Origin: Gemmatimonadota bacterium
GTDB taxonomy: Bacteria; Gemmatimonadota; Gemmatimonadetes; Palauibacterales; Palauibacteraceae
Direction: 5' to 3'
Assembly: GCA_965116475.1 (NCBI GenBank)
Contig: OZ220691.1
Location: forward strand, 1,856,001-1,920,000
DNA length: 64,000 nucleotides
Shown piece by piece: positions 1 to 10,307 of the stretch (position 1 is its first letter; the number at the start of each line of letters is the position of its first letter). A model generated the notes under the pieces. It worked only from the letters and a program-made list of their open reading frames with translations. It made no database searches and was not told the origin of the DNA. Made by a program: the position numbers and the translations under genes.

Positions 1-5
1 CGAAA

Positions 6-1037
6 ATGCGACTGGGCGGACTGTCGAGAGCGCTGAAAGACGCGCACCCGGGATCGAGCGTCGCGCGTCGCGTCCGGCACTTCGACGGCTGGCTCGACCG
101 GGCGGCATCGGAGACGGCGGGCGCGGGCGCTTACGACCACACGGAGACGGTCAGGGACTACTACGAACTCTGCAACGGCTTCATGGTGTACGGCTGGGGC
201 GAATCCCTGCACTTCGCGCCCCTCAGACCCGACGAAACTCTGGAGGAGTCCAAGGTCCGCCACCAGCGGGCGATGATCTCCAGGTTGGAGGTTCAGCGGG
301 GCATGAAGGTGGTCGACGTCGGTTGTGGAATCGGTGGCCCCATGCGCCGGGTCGTCCGCGAGGCGGGCGTCCGGGTCGTGGGAATCAACATCAACGAGGT
401 CCAGCTGGCGGAGGCGAAGAAGTTGAACGCCGAGGCGGGGCTGGAGCACATGGCGGATTTCAGGAAGTGCAGCTTCGCGGACATGAGCGCCATCGAGGCC
501 GACACTTTCGACGGGGGTTACGCCATAGAGTCCACGTGCCATGCGCAGGACAAGCAACGCGCCTTCGCGGAGATCTTCCGCGTGCTGAAGCCGGGCGCGC
601 TGTTCTGGGGTCAGGAAATGTGCCTGACGGACCGATTCGATCCGCGGAACGCCCGGCACCGGACCATCAAGCGGGACCTCATGCGCGGTATCGCGCTGCA
701 CGACATCGCCACGTTCGGGGAAGTGAATCACGCGCTCGAGGGGGCGGGATTCCAGGTCATCGAGGGGAGCGACTGGGACGTCCAGGAGGGACCCTCCACA
801 CCCTGGTATCAACCCATGGAGAGTCGCCACGGGACGCTGGGGAACGCGCTGTACAGGCTTCCCTGGGGCCGCAGGGCGTTCATCGCGGGGGCAAAGTTGG
901 CCGAGCTGCTGCGGCTCTTTCCGCGCGGTTCGGCGGAGGTGGTGCGACTCCTCGATCGAACCGCGGAGGCCTACGTCGCGGGCGGCAGGACGGGCATCTT
1001 CACGCCACTGTACTGTTTTCTGGCGCGCAAACCCTAA
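6..1037 (+). CDS. smt: Sterol C24-methyltransferase (SMT/ERG6 family, SAM-dependent)
   Basis: SMT region I YGWGESLHFA, SAM motif VVDVGCGIGGP, region III YAIESTCHA, C-terminal GIFTPLYCFLARKP. The start is near the window edge and could lie further upstream. Confidence 0.9.
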   Translation: MRLGGLSRALKDAHPGSSVARRVRHFDGWLDRAASETAGAGAYDHTETVRDYYELCNGFMVYGWGESLHFAPLRPDETLEESKVRHQRAMISRLEVQRGMKVVDVGCGIGGPMRRVVREAGVRVVGININEVQLAEAKKLNAEAGLEHMADFRKCSFADMSAIEADTFDGGYAIESTCHAQDKQRAFAEIFRVLKPGALFWGQEMCLTDRFDPRNARHRTIKRDLMRGIALHDIATFGEVNHALEGAGFQVIEGSDWDVQEGPSTPWYQPMESRHGTLGNALYRLPWGRRAFIAGAKLAELLRLFPRGSAEVVRLLDRTAEAYVAGGRTGIFTPLYCFLARKP

Positions 1038-1060
1038 CAGCCCGTGGCAAACCCCGCTGC

Positions 1061-2095
1061 CTAGGAGTCCGGGCTTCGAGTCACCAGCGCCGGGTCCGGA
1101 TAGAACTGTCGGCAGTGTCGGCGGTATTTCCCGATCGGGCCGTCCGTCCGGCACAGTCGGGGGGGAGACCGGTAGCGCTTCCGGTCCCATATCACGATGT
1201 CCTGAAGGACGAACCGCCTCTCTTCGCGGAGGATGAAGTAGTTCAGCACCCGGTGGCGCAGCGGCACGGGCAGGAAGCCCAGACCCGATATGAACCGCCC
1301 CGGTTTGCGGATCTCCCGGACCTGATTGACCATCGTCAACTCCACGTATTCGCCGTCGACCGGCGTTGTGAGCACCCACATGCGCGACTTTATGCCGACC
1401 GTTTTTTCGTGAATCTCGACGAAGGAGTAGCCGAGTCCGTGGACGTGCGTGATGACCGAGACTTCGGAGTGAATGTCCACCAGACCCAGGATCCGGCGAA
1501 CGGCCTTGAAGTCGAAGCAGCTCTTCAGGTAGGCGCCATCGACCAGGAAGTCGGTCGGCTCCACGTCGTGGTACCCGTGCGTGTACTCCAGGTGCTCCAC
1601 GTCCACGGAGTTTTCCGTCGTCTCCTGGGGATGCCCTCGAAACCGCAGCTTGCAGGACCGAAGTCCGGTCCACTCCGCTCCGGTGGCAGGTGCATCCGGC
1701 AGGTGCCACTGAGGCGCCCGGCCGCCGCTCCCCCACCAGGCGAAGATCATGCCGAGGATCTCGCGGGTCTCGTAGAGCTTCAGCCTCGCGGCCTTCGGGG
1801 GCGGGGCATTGGGCGTGGCCACGCACTGTCCGGAGGTGTCGAACTCGAACCCGTGGAAGGGACAGACGAGACAGCCGTCGCGCACGAGGCCGCCGGCGGC
1901 CGGTCCCATGTGCGAGCCCAGGTGCGGACAGAAGGCGTCGGCCACGCAGATGCGGCCCTCGTCGTCGGCCCAGGCGACGATTTCCTCGCCCATCCACGTC
2001 TTTTCGATGAGCGTCGCGCGCTCGATGGAGTCGCGGATCCCGATGAAATACCAGCCTTCGGGAAACGGCGGCAGCGCGTCGCTGTGCGTAGTCAT
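1061..2095 (-). CDS. Rieske non-heme iron oxygenase, KshA / Neverland (cholesterol 7-desaturase)-like
   Basis: N-terminal PPFPEGWY, Rieske CPHLG...CPFHG, Fe site ENSVDVEHLEYTH, C-terminal QDIVIW..K...P.LC..DGPI..YRR...QFY typical of steroid Rieske oxygenases. Confidence 0.85.
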   Translation of the reverse strand: MTTHSDALPPFPEGWYFIGIRDSIERATLIEKTWMGEEIVAWADDEGRICVADAFCPHLGSHMGPAAGGLVRDGCLVCPFHGFEFDTSGQCVATPNAPPPKAARLKLYETREILGMIFAWWGSGGRAPQWHLPDAPATGAEWTGLRSCKLRFRGHPQETTENSVDVEHLEYTHGYHDVEPTDFLVDGAYLKSCFDFKAVRRILGLVDIHSEVSVITHVHGLGYSFVEIHEKTVGIKSRMWVLTTPVDGEYVELTMVNQVREIRKPGRFISGLGFLPVPLRHRVLNYFILREERRFVLQDIVIWDRKRYRSPPRLCRTDGPIGKYRRHCRQFYPDPALVTRSPDS

Positions 2096-2146
2096 GCGGG
2101 CGAACTTGGTTTCGGTTCGGCCGATGCGTCAACTAGAATACGCGCG

Positions 2147-4750
2147 ATGACTCCGGACCATGCGCCCCGCGTTTCGCTTCTCGTGCTCCTGGCCGCGATG
2201 GCCGCCGGCCTGCCGGCGAACGGCGCCGGCCAGGCCGCGGCCGGGGTTCCGCGCTTCGAGATCGCACCGTCGCCGGTCGAGCTCACGGGACCCGTCCGTC
2301 CCGGCGAGTACCTGGGCGTAACCGGACCCCGGTCGGCCTGGCTCGGTCACGAGACCGGAGAGGCGGAGTTGTGGGTCCACCCCCTCAAGGTCGGAAACCG
2401 GTTCCGGCTGGGCTTCTCGACCCCGGCCTACGGAGCGCCGATTCCGGGCGCCGCCGTCGCGCGCACGGTACACGTGCGGCCCGAACTCACGACGATCGCG
2501 TACAGCCACGCGGCGTTCCAGGTGCGCCAGCACATCCTCGCGCCCGCCGAACTCCCCGGTATCCTGGTCCTGCTGGAGGTGGACAGCCCGGAACCGCTCG
2601 AGATCGTCGCCGAGTTCGAGCCCGTGCTGAACTACATGTGGCCGGGTTCGCTCGGGGGGCAGTACGCCTATTGGGACGCGGACCGGCGCGCCTTCGTGCT
2701 GTCCGAAAGCCTGCAGGAGACGAACGCCGTCGTAGGCTCGCCGTGGGCCGTGAACTCCGTCGAGCACCCGGCTCACCAGCTGGGCGAAGCGCCGCGCACC
2801 ATGGTGATCCCGGTCGACCCGGAGCGCGCGCGGCGGGAGTTCATCCCTATCGCGGTAGCGGGCGGAACCGCGCCGCGCGAAGAAGTCTTCGCCAGCTACG
2901 AGCGGTTGATCTCGGAGGCCCGCTCCCTGTACGACGCCAGGCGCGCGTGGGCCGACTCGGTGCTCGCCTCCACCGTCTCCATTGAGTCGCCGGATCCACG
3001 GCTCGACCTCGCACTGGAGTGGGCGAAGATCAACCTGGAGGAGCAGCGCGTCTGCAATCCCGACCTCGGGTGCGGCTTCGTCGCGGGCTGGGGCCTGTCG
3101 CGCAACGGGACCCGCCCCGGCTTCGGGTGGTTCTTCGGCGGCGACGCGGCGCAGACGACCTTCGCCATGGATGCGCTCGGGCAGTGGGAACTGGTGGCGG
3201 AGGAACTCGCATTTCTCGCGAGATACCAGCGCGAAGACGGCAAGATCACGCACGAAATCTCTCAAGCCGCCGCGCGCATCCCGTGGTTCGATGTCTATCC
3301 GTACGCGTACTACCACGCGGACACGACCCCGTACTGGATGGTCGCGCTGTACGAGTACTGGCGGGCGAGCGGCGACGACGACCTGCTGCGGGAGCTGTGG
3401 CCGGCCTACCGGCGCGCGTGGGAGTGGTGTCTCACCGCCGAGACGGATGGCGACGGCATCATCGAGAACACCGTGGGTGGGCTGGCCGCGGTGGAGGTCG
3501 GCGGCCTGGGGGCGGCGCTCCACCAGGATGTCTACCTGGCGGGGATCTGGGTCGCGGCCCTCGAGGGGACGGGGGTGCTCGCCGAGCGGATGGGGGACGG
3601 CGAGATCGCGGATCGGGCACGGGAGATGGCTCCGCGCGCGCGCACAACCCTGAACGATGCGTACTGGCTCGAGGACGCGGGACACCATGCATTCGGGATC
3701 CTCGCCGACGGCGGCACCAACGACAACCTGACCGTGTGGCCCGCCACGGCGGCCGCGTTCGGCCTGTTCGATGGGGGGCGCGCGCGATCCACTCTCGCCC
3801 GCCTCGCGGGCGACCGGATCTCGTCGGACTGGGGCGCCCACATGCTCTCGACGGAGAGCGACCTGTATCATCCGCTCCAGTACAACATGGGCACGGTGTG
3901 GCCCTTCGTGACGGGATACGTGTCGTGGGCCCAGTACCGGTATCGGCGTCCGTGGGCCGGATTCCATCTCATGGATGCGGTGAAGCAGATGACGTTCGAC
4001 TGGAGCCTGGGGCGACACCCGGAGTTGCTGTCCGGCACCTTCTACCAGCCCCTCGACCAGACCGTCCCTCACCAGTTCTTTGCGACTTCGGCCCTGGTGA
4101 CGCCTTTGCTGCGCGGCGTCATCGGCTGGGAGCCCGACGCGGGCCTGGGCCGGGCCCGGCTCGCCCCGCAGCTCCCGCCGGACTGGCCGGAGGCGGCGGT
4201 GCGACGGCTCCGGGCCGGGGCCACCATGACCGACGTCGAGATCCGTCAGCGGTGGACGGTGGAAGGCGGAGAACGGCGGACCACGCTCACGACTACGGGA
4301 CCGGCGCTGACGTTCGCCTTCGTACCCGACGTGCCGGCGGGCGCCCGGAACGTGTCCATCCGCGTGGACGGGGTCGCTGCGGAGATGTCACCCGACGGAA
4401 GCCTCGAAGTCACCGTCGGGGCGACACCGGCCGGCAACCGTGCGGAGATCGTCGTGACATGGGAAGGCGGACTTGCGGTGGCGCCGCCCCGCATCGACCT
4501 CGAAGCCGGCCGGACGAGCCGCGGGTTGCGAATCCTGGACTTCGGCGCCGACGTCGACGGATGGAGTCTCGCCCTGGAGGGGACGGCGGGCCGTACCTAC
4601 GACGTCGCGCTGTTCGGCGTCCCGGTGGTGTCGACGGTCGTGCAGGGCGCCGCCCTCGCCGCGGATCGGGGCGCTGGCGTGATCGAGGTCGAGTTCGCCG
4701 AAGGAGGGGGTCGCGTCTCGGCGACCGTCCGCCTGACGCCGGCCGGATAA
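2147..4750 (+). CDS. Secreted amylo-alpha-1,6-glucosidase / glycogen debranching-like (alpha/alpha)6 glycoside hydrolase
   Basis: Signal peptide after ATG 2147; GWFFGGD, QREDGKITHE, YYHADTTP, YNMGTVWPF motifs. It is the C-terminal part of ORF 323..4750. Confidence 0.75.
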   Translation: MTPDHAPRVSLLVLLAAMAAGLPANGAGQAAAGVPRFEIAPSPVELTGPVRPGEYLGVTGPRSAWLGHETGEAELWVHPLKVGNRFRLGFSTPAYGAPIPGAAVARTVHVRPELTTIAYSHAAFQVRQHILAPAELPGILVLLEVDSPEPLEIVAEFEPVLNYMWPGSLGGQYAYWDADRRAFVLSESLQETNAVVGSPWAVNSVEHPAHQLGEAPRTMVIPVDPERARREFIPIAVAGGTAPREEVFASYERLISEARSLYDARRAWADSVLASTVSIESPDPRLDLALEWAKINLEEQRVCNPDLGCGFVAGWGLSRNGTRPGFGWFFGGDAAQTTFAMDALGQWELVAEELAFLARYQREDGKITHEISQAAARIPWFDVYPYAYYHADTTPYWMVALYEYWRASGDDDLLRELWPAYRRAWEWCLTAETDGDGIIENTVGGLAAVEVGGLGAALHQDVYLAGIWVAALEGTGVLAERMGDGEIADRAREMAPRARTTLNDAYWLEDAGHHAFGILADGGTNDNLTVWPATAAAFGLFDGGRARSTLARLAGDRISSDWGAHMLSTESDLYHPLQYNMGTVWPFVTGYVSWAQYRYRRPWAGFHLMDAVKQMTFDWSLGRHPELLSGTFYQPLDQTVPHQFFATSALVTPLLRGVIGWEPDAGLGRARLAPQLPPDWPEAAVRRLRAGATMTDVEIRQRWTVEGGERRTTLTTTGPALTFAFVPDVPAGARNVSIRVDGVAAEMSPDGSLEVTVGATPAGNRAEIVVTWEGGLAVAPPRIDLEAGRTSRGLRILDFGADVDGWSLALEGTAGRTYDVALFGVPVVSTVVQGAALAADRGAGVIEVEFAEGGGRVSATVRLTPAG

Positions 4751-4804
4751 CGGGGGCGGCCCGAGGCGTCAGAAGGCTCGGGGCGTCAGTGGGCCCCCGG
4801 AGCG

Positions 4805-5959
4805 TCAGTCGGACAGCACTCGGGTGAGCGTGTCCGCGACCTCGTCGATCTGTGTCTCGGTGATCACGAGGGGCGGCAGCAGCCGGATGACCGTGGTGCC
4901 GGCGGGCAGCGCGAGGGTGCCCCGCTCGGCGAGGGCTTCCAGGTAGGGGCGGCAGCGCTCGCGGAGTTCGACGCCGATCATGAGGCCGACCTGCCGCACG
5001 GCGCGCACGCGGGCCGACCCGTGACGGGCGAAGCGCTCGCTGAAGCGGGCGCCCAGCGCCTCGGCGCGCTCGTCGAGCCGCTCGTCCCGCATGTAGCGGA
5101 TCGCGGCCAGGGCGGCGGCGGAGGCGAGCGGGTTGCCGCCGAAGGTCGTGCCGTGCCGCCCGGGGGGCGGCTGCAGCCCTTCCTGCGCGAGGACCGCCCC
5201 CAGCGGCACGCCGCCCGCGATCGCCTTGGCGAGGCAGAGCACGTCCGGCGCGACGCCGTAGCGATCGCAGGCGAACATGCGGCCGGTGCGGCAGAAGCCC
5301 GTCTGGATCTCGTCGAACACCAGCACCGCACCGGCCTCGTCGCAGATGCGCCGCGCCGCCCGCAGATAGTCCCGGCTGGCCGGCCGCACGCCTCCCTCGC
5401 CCTGCACCGGCTCGACGATCACCGCCGCCGTGTCTTCGCTTACGGCCGCGCGCAGTTTCTCGATGTGGTTGAAGGGCACGAACGAGAACCCCGGCACGAG
5501 CGGCTCGAACGGCTCGCGATACTCCTTCTTGTGCGTCGCGCTCAGCGCGCCCAGCGTCCGCCCGTGGAAGCCGCGCATGGCGGATACCACGCCCGCCCGT
5601 CCCGTCGCGAGCCGCGCGAACTTGATCGCCGCCTCCACCGCCTCCGCCCCGGAGTTGCAGAGGAAGGCGCGCGTGAGTCCGGCCGGCGCGATCGAAACGA
5701 GTTCGGCCAGCAGCCGCGCGCGGACGTCGTTAAAAAAAATCCCCGGACAGGACACGAGCACGCGCGCCTGCTCCGCCACCGCCTCGGCCACGGCCGGGTT
5801 GGCGTGGCCGACGCTCGCCACGCCGATGCCGCCCACGCAGTCGATGTAGCGGCGACCCTCGTCGTCCCACACGCACGCGCCCTCGCCCCGGACGACCGCG
5901 ATGTCCCGCTTTGGAAAAACCTCGAGCGCGTACGCTCGTTCCAGCTCGCGGGCGTTCAT
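4805..5959 (-). CDS. lysJ: [LysW]-aminoadipate semialdehyde / acetylornithine aminotransferase (class III PLP)
   Basis: [48 protein letters not shown]; last gene of the lysW operon. Confidence 0.88.
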   Translation of the reverse strand: MNARELERAYALEVFPKRDIAVVRGEGACVWDDEGRRYIDCVGGIGVASVGHANPAVAEAVAEQARVLVSCPGIFFNDVRARLLAELVSIAPAGLTRAFLCNSGAEAVEAAIKFARLATGRAGVVSAMRGFHGRTLGALSATHKKEYREPFEPLVPGFSFVPFNHIEKLRAAVSEDTAAVIVEPVQGEGGVRPASRDYLRAARRICDEAGAVLVFDEIQTGFCRTGRMFACDRYGVAPDVLCLAKAIAGGVPLGAVLAQEGLQPPPGRHGTTFGGNPLASAAALAAIRYMRDERLDERAEALGARFSERFARHGSARVRAVRQVGLMIGVELRERCRPYLEALAERGTLALPAGTTVIRLLPPLVITETQIDEVADTLTRVLSD

Positions 5960-6768
5960 CCGATCACCGTGCCGCGTCCGGCCAGCGCCTCCGAGACCGG
6001 CCGTTCGATGCGCCCGTCCGCGATCACGACGCGGGTCGAGCCGGACTCCACCAGTCGGCGCAGTGCGAGCAGCTTGCGCTTCATGCGCCCCGTGACCTCG
6101 CTCTCCCGACGGGCAAGCTCCGCACGCGAAAGACGCGGGACGACCGACGCCGGATCGTCCGGGTCCTCCAGGAAACCGGGCGCCTCGATCAGCTGGATCA
6201 CGCGTTCCGCGCGCAGCTCCGCGCTGAGCAGGGTCACGACGTCATCGTTCTCCGAGTTGATCGCCACATTGCGTTCGTCGATCAGGGGAACGGTCACGAC
6301 CGGCGTGTAGCCGCCGCCGAGGAGCAGCCCCAGCAGCTCGCGGTTCACCTCCGCCGGCTTCCCGGACAGATCGCGCTTGATCAGCGTCTTGCCGCCCTCC
6401 CGCACGCGGATGCCCCTGTTGCGACGGCCGCGCACGAGCGCCCCGTCGAGCCCCGTGAGCCCGACCGCGTTCACGCCGTGACCCTGTAGCAGTTCGACGA
6501 TGCGCTTGTTGCGCACGCCCGCGTAGGCCATGAGCATCACGTCGATCAGGTCGCGGTCGGACTGCACGCTCTCGTGTCCGGACACCGACGTGAGGACGCG
6601 TTTCTCGACCCCGAGCCGGCGGGCCAGGGAGTCGCGCAGCGCGTTCGCGCCGTGCACGATGACGAACGGTCCGGCCAAGCCCGCCAGGTCGCGGACGATC
6701 CCGTCCAGGTTGATGGATGCTCCGCCGCCGATCTTGACGATGAGCAGCCCGCCGGACTCTCCAGGCAT
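5956..6768 (-). CDS. lysZ: [LysW]-aminoadipate/glutamate kinase
   Basis: Amino-acid kinase VKIGG, IVHG, GLTGLDG, G.MKRK motifs; stop overlaps the lysJ start. Confidence 0.88.
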   Translation of the reverse strand: MPGESGGLLIVKIGGGASINLDGIVRDLAGLAGPFVIVHGANALRDSLARRLGVEKRVLTSVSGHESVQSDRDLIDVMLMAYAGVRNKRIVELLQGHGVNAVGLTGLDGALVRGRRNRGIRVREGGKTLIKRDLSGKPAEVNRELLGLLLGGGYTPVVTVPLIDERNVAINSENDDVVTLLSAELRAERVIQLIEAPGFLEDPDDPASVVPRLSRAELARRESEVTGRMKRKLLALRRLVESGSTRVVIADGRIERPVSEALAGRGTVIG

Positions 6769-6771
6769 CGG

Positions 6772-7431
6772 TCAGAACGTCCCGATCGCGCCGTTCGCGA
6801 CCGGCGTCCACGTTCGCCCCCCGTCCGACTCCGAATGCGAGTCCGGGTAGGGCGTCGAGCACAGGATCCGCACGCCGTCCCCCCGGGAGACATGCATCCG
6901 GAAGTAGTCCGGGTCCTCGCTGAACCGGGTTGCGAAGTGGACCTCCCCCGCCGCGTCGGCGACGACCAGGTTCATCGCCCGCACGTAACGGGTGCGCTTC
7001 TCGATCGCGTCGAGTCCCCGCTCCAGCGCAAGGCCCATGTCCCCGTCGGCGAAACGCTTCACGAAGTTGAACACCTTCTCCGCGCCGATCCGACCCCGCT
7101 CCTTGATGCGGACACCGTGCAACTCTCCGTTGAAGATGAAGGCGCGTTGCCCGTCGAAGAACGGCATGTTGTTCTCGACCCGTATCCCTTCCCCACGATA
7201 CGCGCTCCGCGCATGGGCGAGCAGCAGGGTCGTGCGACCGGTCGGCGCCGAGGCGTCCTCCCACACCGGCGAGATGTCACGGTGGAGGCGCCATCCATCG
7301 GCATCGATCCAGGCACACCCCCACCCGTCGCCCTGGTACTCGCGGCTCTCCCGGGCGAGTTGCGCAAAGGCGGCGAGGTGCGGCGCGATGTCGAAGGGCT
7401 CAACGCCGCGGACGCAGAGGATCCGGCACAC
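6772..7431 (-). CDS. Class II glutamine amidotransferase-like Ntn hydrolase (YafJ/EgtC/Dug3 type)
   Basis: GTG start then Cys2 (MCRIL), DGWG, LAHARSA, NNMPF, FNGE motifs; lies inside the lys operon. Confidence 0.82.
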   Translation of the reverse strand: MCRILCVRGVEPFDIAPHLAAFAQLARESREYQGDGWGCAWIDADGWRLHRDISPVWEDASAPTGRTTLLLAHARSAYRGEGIRVENNMPFFDGQRAFIFNGELHGVRIKERGRIGAEKVFNFVKRFADGDMGLALERGLDAIEKRTRYVRAMNLVVADAAGEVHFATRFSEDPDYFRMHVSRGDGVRILCSTPYPDSHSESDGGRTWTPVANGAIGTF

Positions 7432-7453
7432 GATTCGGCTCGTTGCGTCGCGG

Positions 7454-8476
7454 TCAGGCCGGATGCAGCCCGGGGAACTCGAGCCCCCGCGACTCCGGCA
7501 ACCCGTGCATCACGTTGAATGCCTGCACCGCCTGTCCCGCCGCTCCCTTCATGAGATTGTCGATCGCGCTCAGAACCACGACCCGGTTCGAGAGCGGATC
7601 GCGCTCGAACCCCACGTCACAGTAGTTCGCGCCCGCCAGGAGGTTGGGGTCGGGATAGCGGTGGATGCCGCTCCGCTCCTTGACGATGCGCACGAACGGC
7701 TCGTCGGCGTACGCGCCGCGGTAGATCTTCCACAGCGCTTTCTCGTCCAGCTCCCGGTTCAGGAATACATGGCACGTGGCGAGGACGCCGCGCACCATCT
7801 CGACCGCCGTCGCGGAGAAATGCACATCGTCGCCGAGCACCGTCCGGATCTCGGCGGCGTGCCGGTGGCCCGTCGGCCGATACGACCGCATGGCGCCGCT
7901 GCGCTCCGGGTGGTGGCTGCCATCGCTGGCGCGGTTGCCGGCCTCGCTCGAGCCCACCTTCACCTCGATCACCGCCGAGTCCGCGACCCCCTCCCGGTAC
8001 AGCGGGAGCAGTCCCAGGATGGAGGCCGTCGCGTTGCAGCCCGCGCATGCGACGAGGTCCGCGCCCGCCAGCGCCTCGCGGTTCACCTCCGCGATCCCGT
8101 ACACGAACGATCCCAGCAGCTCCGGCCGCGGGTGCGGCCGGCCGTAGAAGCGCTCGTAGTCCGCGCCGTCCGGGAGCCGGAAATCCGCTCCCAGGTCGAC
8201 GATCCGGCGCGCCAGCGACCGGAACTCGTCGATGCGGCGCGACGACTCCCCGTGCGGGAGACAGAGGAAGAGCACGTCGCACTCCGACAGCTCGTCGAGC
8301 GCGCAGAAGCGCAGCCGCGTGACGCCGCGCAGGTTCGGGTGGACCCGCTGCGCGAACCGCCCCGCGAAGCGTTCCGAGGTGATCTGCCGCACTTCGACGT
8401 CGGGATGGCCGAGCAGAAGCCTCAGCAGCTCCCCGCCGGCGTAGCCCGACCCGCCCGCAATCGACGCGCGGATCAT
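7454..8476 (-). CDS. lysY: [LysW]-aminoadipyl/glutamyl-phosphate reductase (ArgC family)
   Basis: GGSGYAG Rossmann motif, GCNATA catalytic Cys, [18 protein letters not shown]. Confidence 0.9.
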   Translation of the reverse strand: MIRASIAGGSGYAGGELLRLLLGHPDVEVRQITSERFAGRFAQRVHPNLRGVTRLRFCALDELSECDVLFLCLPHGESSRRIDEFRSLARRIVDLGADFRLPDGADYERFYGRPHPRPELLGSFVYGIAEVNREALAGADLVACAGCNATASILGLLPLYREGVADSAVIEVKVGSSEAGNRASDGSHHPERSGAMRSYRPTGHRHAAEIRTVLGDDVHFSATAVEMVRGVLATCHVFLNRELDEKALWKIYRGAYADEPFVRIVKERSGIHRYPDPNLLAGANYCDVGFERDPLSNRVVVLSAIDNLMKGAAGQAVQAFNVMHGLPESRGLEFPGLHPA

Positions 8477-9333
8477 CGGTCCGCGGCCCGTTCCGAACGC
8501 TGCTCCGGCGAGACCGCGTACGACACGATCCTCTCCGGAATGTTCACGCCCGTCGCCTCGATGCTGTTCCTGAACTCCATCGTGTAGTTCACTTCGTTCA
8601 CGAGCAGTCCGCCCTCGCTCTCGAACAGGTCCACGGCGACCACGCCCCCGCCCACGGCCTCCGCCGCCTTCAGGGACAGCTCCCCGATCTCGCTCGTCAC
8701 GGGACAGTTCGACGCCGTTCCGCCGCGCGCCGTGTTCGTGATCCAGTGCGCGGAAGACCGGTAGATGGCCGCCACGCAGTCCTCGCCCACGACGAACGCG
8801 CGGATGTCGCGCCCGCCCTTCTCCACGTACTTCTGCACGAAGAAGATCGAGTGATGATAGCTGCCCAGGATCGCCTTGTGTTCGAGGACAGTCTCCGCCG
8901 CGTGCCGGTCGTTGATCCTCGACAGCAGCCGGCCCCAGGAGCCGACGGCGGGCTTGAGGACGACGGGATAGCCGAGTTCCTCGATCGCCTCGAGCGCGGA
9001 GGCCTCGGTGAACGCGACCCTGGCTTCAGGCTGCGGCACGCCGCATTCCCGAAGCGACGCCGCGGTGAGGATCTTGTCCCCGCAGCGACGCGACACTTCG
9101 TAGCGGTTGACGCAATCGAGGCCAGCCCCCTCGAACAGCCGCAGGGCGTGCATGGCGCGCGAATGGTTGATGCAGCGCTCGAGAACCACGTCGACGTCCG
9201 GGACCGTCCGGAAGTCGAACGAGAGCCTGCGGTCGTCCAGAAACACCAGCTCCACATCGCTGCGGCCGCGCAACTCCGCGATCAGCAGCTTCTCGTCCTT
9301 GCGGATGAGGGAATGAAGAAAACCGACCCTCAT
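8473..9333 (-). CDS. lysX: LysW-amino acid ligase (RimK family ATP-grasp)
   Basis: [36 protein letters not shown] 9333 overlaps the lysW stop (ATGA). Confidence 0.92.
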   Translation of the reverse strand: MRVGFLHSLIRKDEKLLIAELRGRSDVELVFLDDRRLSFDFRTVPDVDVVLERCINHSRAMHALRLFEGAGLDCVNRYEVSRRCGDKILTAASLRECGVPQPEARVAFTEASALEAIEELGYPVVLKPAVGSWGRLLSRINDRHAAETVLEHKAILGSYHHSIFFVQKYVEKGGRDIRAFVVGEDCVAAIYRSSAHWITNTARGGTASNCPVTSEIGELSLKAAEAVGGGVVAVDLFESEGGLLVNEVNYTMEFRNSIEATGVNIPERIVSYAVSPEQRSERAADR

Positions 9334-9494
9334 TCGCCCCAATCCTCCTCGGCGTCCGGCGCCTCACCGAGAGTGACAGGGTTGAGCGCAAGGATCTCCA
9401 GTTCGACGCCGCACTCCTCGCATTCGAGCAACTCGCCCTCGACGGGGTCGTCGGAGATCATCGGCTCCGCGTCGCATACGGGACATACCGGCAT
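9330..9494 (-). CDS. lysW: Amino-group carrier protein LysW (54 aa, missed by the ORF track)
   Basis: Manual translation [54 protein letters not shown]: two CxxC, acidic, C-terminal EDWGE; GGAGG 9 nt upstream of the ATG. Confidence 0.95.
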   Translation of the reverse strand: MPVCPVCDAEPMISDDPVEGELLECEECGVELEILALNPVTLGEAPDAEEDWGE

Positions 9495-9558
9495 GCCGTC
9501 CATCCTCCGTTGGGGTTCTTCGCACAGGGTTCTTCGTACGGAGAGAACCAGAATACCG

Positions 9559-10263
9559 TCAACCGGCCGCGGGGTTCCGGAACGGAAGCCACAGCGCCAG
9601 GAAGAGCCCGATCGCGACGGGCTCGAGGAGAAGGATGTACCAGGGCCAGGCCGGGAAGAAGTCGAGGATCGTAGGGCCCAGCGGCTTCTCGATCACGTAC
9701 AGGTAGTTCGACCCCACGAGCCGGTTGATCGGGTAGACCACGGCGGCGTACAGGTTCAGCAGGCCGAGGGCAATCCACGGATCGCGCGCCGTTGGCCGAT
9801 AGCCTTCCACGACCGCTGCCCACACGCCGGCGATGACGACGGTCCCGTGCGAGCCCAGCGACTCGAAGAAGGTGGTGTGCACGACGCCGAACTCGGTATT
9901 CGGGGTCAGGACGGCCTGCATCGCCCCCGCAATCCCGAAGAAGTACATGAGGCGGAGGACCCGGGGATGGCGAGTCCACAGCCCGTAGATCGTCACCCAC
10001 GCCATGAGGTTGCACAGGTGCAGCGGGATGTCGTTCTGTACCGACCAGAGCCCGGTCGCGGCCCTCCACAGGTGCCTCGACAGGAGGAAGACGAGAATCG
10101 TGGCGCCCATGGCCACCCGCAGGCGGCGTCGGCCGCGCTCGCCGGCGACGAGGCCGGCCCGGATCACGCAGACGCCGATCACCAGGAGGACGCCGATCGT
10201 CGCCAGATGCACCGGGCCGAAGAGATCGAACGGCAGCCGTTCCGTGCTGAAGAACCGATCCAT
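9559..10263 (-). CDS. YwaF / TIGR02206 (TMEM164-like) integral membrane protein
   Basis: Multiple TM helices; PLHLCN, ALTP-like, H, NYLY..KP and PWY motifs. Confidence 0.75.
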   Translation of the reverse strand: MDRFFSTERLPFDLFGPVHLATIGVLLVIGVCVIRAGLVAGERGRRRLRVAMGATILVFLLSRHLWRAATGLWSVQNDIPLHLCNLMAWVTIYGLWTRHPRVLRLMYFFGIAGAMQAVLTPNTEFGVVHTTFFESLGSHGTVVIAGVWAAVVEGYRPTARDPWIALGLLNLYAAVVYPINRLVGSNYLYVIEKPLGPTILDFFPAWPWYILLLEPVAIGLFLALWLPFRNPAAG

Positions 10264-10307
10264 GTCAGCCCGTCACCCGCCGCCGTCGACCCGGGTGCGG
10301 CACCGGA

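Noticed and set aside
323..2146. Apparent 1475-aa fusion ORF
   Set aside because: The upstream 608 codons overlap the SMT and Rieske genes; the real glycoside hydrolase starts at the signal peptide at 2147.
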